A stretch of 64,000 bases of DNA from Psammoneis japonica (lineage: Eukaryota), in the NCBI GenBank assembly GCA_008632985.1, contig QPGO01000119.1, positions 186,001 to 250,000 on the forward strand, read 5' to 3'. The position numbers and the translations under genes were made by a program. This document shows, piece by piece, positions 58,101 through 64,000 of the stretch (the first letter of the stretch is position 1; the number at the start of each line of letters is the position of its first letter). The notes under the pieces are model-generated. The model worked only from the letters and a program-made list of their open reading frames with translations, did no database searches and was not told where the DNA came from.

Positions 58101-61076
58101 TCGTTGTGGGGTCAAAGGTGAGGTTCGCCGTCCTCTGTAAACATCCATTCGACAGCGTGGAAGGAGCATTTGGGTAATTCTAACTCGTGGCCAGCCGCGT
58201 TCAAAAGGTCGCACCACAGTTGATTGTCTTCCTGCATCTTGAAAGCCAAATCGAGGATGCAAGGTTGAGGACTCGAACAAAAATCGTTCACCTGCTTGGA
58301 CGTGTCGTCGACATGTCCTCCATTGAACATCTGCAGCGAGAGGGAGTGATCTGGGGACTCGAAAAATGCACCATGTGCCCGTTGATCGAAGATCTGGAAC
58401 AGACCATTGCAAATTTGGTTCCAGCAAAACGGAGAGTTTCCGCTGCCCTGTCCTGTTCCGTAAATGGGGAAGTCATCAGAGTGAGAACAAGAAGTTAGTG
58501 ACAGGCCCAGCACCATTCGCAACCAGCAGCGAGCCTTGTGAACAGTGGCGTCAGCGACTTGAGTGACTTCTTTGGGCATGCCATTGCTGCGGCTCTCAAT
58601 TGCAACCAGAGCGGGAATGTTCCGATCGCAGCACGATGTGCAGTCATCATCGCTGTGAACAGCGGATTTTCGGGAGGCACGGCCAATCTCGAGCATGAGT
58701 TCTTCAAGGCACACAGGAGTGTTGGCATTTAAGAAGGCACGAGTGCCGCAGATCCCCGAGTTGCACAATCGGCGGTGTTCCATGTTTTGGGCCAGAGTGC
58801 GCCACTTGACGCTCAAGATTAATTGAAAGTCAGCTTTTGCAGATGTGGGTGACACGGAGACGATGCATCTTGTTGTTGCCTGGCTCTTTAAAGATCATCA
58901 CGTTGACAACATCTTGCCAGCGGTGAAAGGAGTGTCCCCAACGAAGGGCACAGTTAAGCAGATTCAACCTGATTTGAGCAAGGGATTGTTGAACTTCATC
59001 GAGGGCCTCACATTCAGGGGCAGGATTGCCTTCGGAATCAGCTGCATCTGAGAACCGATGAGGAGCATGCATTGCTTTCCAATGACCTGGGTGGAGGCCG
59101 GAGCAAATGGACGTGGAGGTGGATTCTTTCCAACGTTATATTTTTCCTTCGAGATCTGATGCAGACAGAAGATTTGGTGCAGAGACTGGGGAACGGCGAC
59201 GCAAGTGGTTGATGAAAAGGGCAGTTGCTTCGTTCAAAGCCAACGTGTCACACTCGCCATCAAGAATGAGATCCGCCACAACAGTGTCACCTTCGTGGCC
59301 TGGGTCCATGGATGACGGAGGCACCGTTGGAGGGGTGCCTTGTGCCTGACTGAAGTGTTTTTGATTGCGTTGACGGAGAGCAGTGGCTGCCTCTTCCGGA
59401 GCGTCAACAGTGGTCCAATCTTGACATTCTTTGGGAGGAACAGAAGGATTGCCGGGAACTTGGACGCTCTGAATGCCTGTGTCCCTCTGAGTGCGGCATG
59501 AGTCAATCTTCCTGAACAGCTTTTTCATCTCTTCTGCCTTGCGGACATTGCGCAAGACAGTTGCCTGTTTGCGTGACTCCTTGGTGCCTTCCAGATCGAG
59601 TGCGGCCATCCTCTCGGAAACTTCCCTTTCGCGGTGTACGACACTGTCAGCCGCTGATCGCTTGCAATCGTCTTGAGCAGCACACAGCACCTCTTGACAA
59701 CCTTGCAAAGTGTCGGGGACAGTGAAGGATCCACTCAGTTTGTCTCGCATTGCTCGAATCTGTGATGCGCAGTCCAATTTTGTCCTCATCATGGATGCGA
59801 GGCGGGAAAAGATGTGCACCCGGTACCTCAGGTCTGAAAGTTCAACCGACCAGTCGGGTTCGCAATGAATTCGGCATTTCTTGGCAGCGGAAAGAGAGAA
59901 CTGCAGGAGATCACGGTCCAACCGTTCAGCCAGAGCATGATCTGGAGCGTCAAGTTCCAGCAGCTGGAAAGAGCGTTGCAATGCCGAACGACTCTGAATC
60001 ATTGGGCCGATTGCCTGTAGACAAGAGGTGAGCTGTGGTTTAGACGTAGCCTGAATGTCCCTGAAGGATGCCTTGGGTAAATCGACAGTCGGGTTGCCGA
60101 AAAGAGCTGCGGTGTCAAAGTCCACGAAGTGAGCACGATGATCAGAAGTGACTCGACATCCAAAGGCTTCACATCCACCGAAGCGAGCTGCAGCAAGAGC
60201 GCCAGGAGAGGCCAGTGCGCAGTCAAGACGCCGGGAACCTCTGGCACATGTGGAGAACTCAGTGTCGCCCATGATGTTAAACAGGACGTCAGACAAATTG
60301 AAGCGCTGGGCAACGGCAGCCAAAGAGTCAGTGTCACAGGTGAAATCAGTGTTAAAGTCCCCAAAAACAATGACTTCTCAATTGGAATCCGCCAGAAAAT
60401 CCTGCAAGACTCGGGACAAGTCTGCACAAAATGCCTTCCTGGGATCGAGTGACGGCGCCCCAATTGNCCGGAGGAGGGCCAATTGTTGAGCACATGCTGT
60501 TGTCTTCCCTGGGTGTTGTTGGTTCTTAGCGCAAACTCGACAGCAAGAGACAAACACAACTTGGCGTCCATTCCCACCGTCGAAGACTTGAATTGACCAC
60601 CTGCCGAGCGGGTCGGATTCTTGAGTCCGGAAGCAAGCAGAAATCGAATTACATGACAACAAGGCCATTCCACCCGGTTTGCATTGCATTGCAAAGGTGG
60701 TGGAACTGCTTGAAAAGGCAGACCGCCCATGATGTAAAGACTTGGAAACGGCAGATCTGCACATGGATGAAATGTCGAATTGGGTGGTGTCGAGGCACAC
60801 CTCCGAGATGCCAATGACATCGGCTTGAATTTCGGAGGCGAGTTGACAGCACTTGTTCACATCACCGCCACGCTTGTCGAATTTACAACCGTTGGCATTG
60901 AAGGCGTAAAGGCGCGCATGGTGAGAAAGCTTGGGCCGGAGTTCGTCGCCCACAGGTGCGTTGGTCTTCAGTCGAGAAAAATCTATCCGACGATCTGTGG
61001 GAGGGTGGCAACTGCGTCCGTCTAGGACATTCTGCCAAGCGAGAGCTGGATCTTCAGCAGAAGGCGAATGACTCAT
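55185..61076 (-). pseudogene. LINE ORF2 (AP endonuclease, reverse transcriptase, RNase H, C-terminal Cys/His motif), disrupted
   Basis: EN: FNANG, DVIGISE, KPGG, DPLGRW, SDHR. RT: FKEPGN..HRLRV.H, GTGQGSGNSP, HVDD. RNase H: GDGSV, RAEA.G, CDN, WVKGHQD, N..ADRLA. Also EDRDHILRC. Confidence 0.9.
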
Positions 61077-61125
61077 TGTTGGGCCATGCTCCTCCGAAGA
61101 GAAGACTGAGGCTTAGAGCACTGCA

Positions 61126-63042
61126 TTAACTTGGTGTTGGCTTGGAAGGAAAAACTCCGGCATCGTGAAGTCCGACGGAAAATTGATGTTGGCGCAAGTG
61201 GTGAGTGGGGCGAGGAAGCAACATCAGGAGGTCGCCTGATTTCTTGAGGGGGTGGAGGCGGTGAAGTCCAACCCCTGCCTGAAAATCCGTCTCCCGTTCT
61301 TTGTGGTCGCCAGGGCGTTCAGGAGTTTCCATGTTGTTGGGGCGTTTTCTGGCTGAACTCTGAACAGGTTGGTTTGCTTGAAGCAGTTGAACAATTTGGT
61401 TCATTTGTTCCTGCACTGCAGCCAACTGTTGGGAATGCTGAAACTGCATGGTGGCCATGTCCTGGGAGTGTTGTTTGGTGAAGGTGTTGTGCAAAGCTTC
61501 CACATCCTGAGAATGCTGTCGGCGGAGATCTGCCAGAGCCGCATCGTTCTTCTGTTGCATTTGTGACAGGGTCTGTTGCACTTCCGCCATCTGTGCTGAC
61601 GTGAGGGAAGAACTTGTAGACGACTGAGTCGCTTGAGCGCACAAATGCGGAGGGGACGAGATTCCTGGGTGTCCAGAACATCCGCAAGGAGTTGCCTGGA
61701 AGGAGGGCCTGGGGGCGAAGATTTGCGGAGTGACTGACGGGCTTGGAGAGTGGCCTCGACCAGGGGTGCTGCCACGACCATGGCCTCTGCCCGCGAACTG
61801 TGCCGGAGGAGGAGGACGGTTTGACCTCGAGGCCTGGGTGTCCGTCAATGGAGATACGTCTGAGAAGGTTGGGGACTCCAAACTGCGGATGCTCGCAGAC
61901 ACTGTGGATTTGCTGGTGTCGGACTGCTCGTCAAGCACACCAGACACGTGAGGTTGATCGGGAAACGGAGGAGACGGCCAAGATTCTTTGGGGACATTTG
62001 GAATTTGATCCATGATGCATGTGGAGATGCCAGCACGGGAAGCTTTGAAATCCGTACGTTTGACCAACACATTGTACCGACCAGGGGTGGCACTAGACTT
62101 GCAGATCTCTTTCACTCCGGAGATGGCCCTGATGTGGTTTTCCAAATAAAACATCACATCCGGGGAGGTGCACAACAGCGGAACCACGCAAGCATCATGA
62201 TTGCGACGAGCTTGGAGTTTGACAGCGTTATAGAAGGCGAGTGGCGACATGCACCGTGTCTTTGCCACAACAATGTGTGTCGGCAGCTTGTTGGAGGCGT
62301 GCAGCAAGGTTTTTCCTGCAGTGCGGCAATCGTCTTGTTGCACTTCGATGGCACAAGTGACGGTGCGAAGGGGAGGAGCCAATTGATCGTCATCGGCACG
62401 AATGGAGGTAGGTGCGAGACGAAATTTCGGCATCTTGGACTTGAATTCGCCCAGATCTTTTGCAAACAACTTGGTAGCTTCGTCGATCGGAGTGTGCTTG
62501 GATGGGGCAGCGACGCAACATGCCGGAGTCGCCGTGTCGATCACTGGCTCATTCCAGCAGTGGCGCTTCAAACCCATGTTGTTTGAGTCTAAAATGCTCT
62601 GAATATGAGGATGAGAACAGATCTCTCGAAGGGGGACTTTGGTCAAAATACGGTGGCACAGGCGGTGGACGACAGGGCGTTTTTCTCCACTGCGAGTCGC
62701 AGAAATCGTGAAGTGACGTTCGTGCTGAAGGGTTGCAATCCATTCTGCAATGTTGACATTGGTGATCTGGTTGTTGTGGTTGTCCAGGATCTGAACATCG
62801 TTGTGATACGTGAATAGGATTTGTTGCAAAACTTGAAGATGAGCGGTGGTGAGGGTCATCGGCTTGCACGTCGCCTCCGGGCCACGAACATCAAAGCGTG
62901 GGGTGATCTCCACATAGGGAGGCTCTTTCGGTTTAGAAGAAGGTTTGTTGGATGCGTGATCAACAGTGATATCGTCCGCCATATTGATATCGTTGTTATC
63001 GTTGGGGGTATGGCTACCGTCAGCGACGGAACGAGACGCCAT
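61126..63042 (-). CDS. LINE ORF1 (Pro/Ser-rich region and Gln-rich coiled coil)
   Basis: 638-aa ORF directly upstream of the endonuclease frame, starting ~77 bp inside the 5' TSD. Confidence 0.8.
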   Translation of the reverse strand: MASRSVADGSHTPNDNNDINMADDITVDHASNKPSSKPKEPPYVEITPRFDVRGPEATCKPMTLTTAHLQVLQQILFTYHNDVQILDNHNNQITNVNIAEWIATLQHERHFTISATRSGEKRPVVHRLCHRILTKVPLREICSHPHIQSILDSNNMGLKRHCWNEPVIDTATPACCVAAPSKHTPIDEATKLFAKDLGEFKSKMPKFRLAPTSIRADDDQLAPPLRTVTCAIEVQQDDCRTAGKTLLHASNKLPTHIVVAKTRCMSPLAFYNAVKLQARRNHDACVVPLLCTSPDVMFYLENHIRAISGVKEICKSSATPGRYNVLVKRTDFKASRAGISTCIMDQIPNVPKESWPSPPFPDQPHVSGVLDEQSDTSKSTVSASIRSLESPTFSDVSPLTDTQASRSNRPPPPAQFAGRGHGRGSTPGRGHSPSPSVTPQIFAPRPSFQATPCGCSGHPGISSPPHLCAQATQSSTSSSLTSAQMAEVQQTLSQMQQKNDAALADLRRQHSQDVEALHNTFTKQHSQDMATMQFQHSQQLAAVQEQMNQIVQLLQANQPVQSSARKRPNNMETPERPGDHKERETDFQAGVGLHRLHPLKKSGDLLMLLPRPTHHLRQHQFSVGLHDAGVFPSKPTPS

Positions 63043-63134
63043 GGTGTATCGGCAGTTCTACGGAGAGCGTGGTACTAAAAACACGTAGGTATATTCAGTA
63101 CAAGTAATCGCAGAATTATACCACAAAAAAGTCA

Positions 63135-64000
63135 GTAGGGGGGCATGTCAAAGGTCTTTCGTCCTGCAAACGTTCGGGAACCTTTGAAACGTACGCCCTT
63201 GTGGAACACACGCTGCACGATCCCGACGAGAGCAATGAAGAGATATTTCCAATCCTTGAAAGCGCATTTCGTGACACGTACAATGCTCTTAATGCCCCCA
63301 GTCAAGAAGAGCATGTTTGCGACATGGATTCGAAACGGGTTGTGGAGAGAGTCACGGTGGTAGAGACGGACCACATCTTGAAACACATGGAAGGCCACAA
63401 ACTCACCTCACGAAACTTTCTGTATAGAGTCACTGGAAGTTGCGAAGGTATTGGCTGCACAGAAGACACACATCTCTTTGACGTCGGCAATCGTAGAAAC
63501 GAGGAGAAGGTCCTTTCTGTGTTGGCGGACAAGACGCCAACAACCTGCGAGTGCGCTGGAGGCCTTACCGAAAATCGCGCACCCATGGAGGCAGAATTCA
63601 GAGATGCTTTCCAAGAAGCGCTCTTCGAGACTGAGGCTCATGGAAGCTTATCGAATTTGAAATCGGTGAACACTGTCATAGAATATGGGGTGGTTAACTG
63701 CGATTGGCAACAAGATGTGTTTGAAAGTGACTATGACTTGGATTTCACTTGTGATCCCTTGGAGAAAGACTTTGGCTATCTCGGTGACAGTTTCTTGAAC
63801 GAATACAACTCTGCCGCAACGTAAGTCCAGGAATATTTTTCGTCAAACACCGCATTCAAATATCTCACACTAACCGCTTTCACTATCACGTCCATGCAGG
63901 TCCTACTGCGACCCAGAGTTCCGCTACATTACGGAAGTGAGTGTCCAAGACGAAGAGCAGCCAATGCTAAGACACAGAGATTTGAATATTGTAACAAAGC
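63135..64000 (+). pseudogene. 3' continuation of the LINE-interrupted host gene (Cys-containing acidic domain; intron 63821-63899; runs off the window)
   Basis: VGGHVKGLSSCKRSGTFETYALVEHTLHDP... is in frame with ...TTTKKS. A gtaagt...tgcag intron is followed by SYCDPEFRYITEV. Confidence 0.75.

Larger units (their letters stand above)
55071..63119 (-). mobile_element. Full-length (~8.05 kb) non-LTR retrotransposon, APE-RT-RNase H type (Ambal/L1-like), 15-bp TSD ACCACAAAAAAGTCA
   Basis: TSD at 55056-55070 and 63120-63134. ORF1 63042-61126; ORF2 ~61076-55185 in several frames. Confidence 0.93.

Noticed and set aside
200..62600. Classical fungal RIP, or CpG deamination alone, as the explanation
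   Set aside because: RIP raises TpA, which is the opposite of what is seen. CpG decay cannot convert Tyr codons or explain TA/CA pairs, and CpG is retained in the LINE and LTRs.
41700..62600. Alternative genetic code, or ADAR-type RNA editing fixed by reverse transcription
   Set aside because: Neighbouring host genes use the standard code. Changes occur on both strands (TG and CA) and differ between the two LTRs, so they post-date integration.
1..64000. tRNA, rRNA or other structured RNA genes
   Set aside because: None recognisable by eye; a covariance-model scan would be needed to exclude them.

Overview
Eukaryotic genomic DNA, most likely from a diatom. This rests on short GT-AG introns, a DUF6824-type gene, a CoDi-like copia gag and an RNase H-bearing Ambal/L1-like LINE; the taxon is an inference. 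The window alternates between two kinds of sequence. Gene islands have normal dinucleotide content and encode a HET-like CaaX protein, an ALMT/FUSC transporter, ETF-beta, a duplicated-domain membrane protein, a mitochondrial carrier with C-terminal EF-hands, a patatin/PLA2c-like lipase, DUF6824, a SAM/TM/FG-GAP protein, a CDPK and a Crinkler-like REase. Multi-kb repeat/TE blocks have lost almost all TpA and are rich in TpG/CpA. Internal comparisons (twin LTRs, a 42-bp tandem array, local duplications, Tyr->His/Cys at conserved gypsy and LINE motifs) indicate a repeat-targeted TpA->TpG/CpA (A:T->G:C) hypermutation, the opposite direction to fungal RIP. This is the main candidate for an undescribed genome-defence system. 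A second recurring signal is CTAG/TAGAG-rich filler tracts that replace sequence at breakpoints in duplicated copies. Well-defined elements are a 4.2-kb non-autonomous LTR element (5-bp TSD CACGA), a full-length 8-kb LINE (15-bp TSD) that splits a host ORF in frame, a gypsy remnant and a 360-bp MITE. All counts are by eye; no database searches were run.
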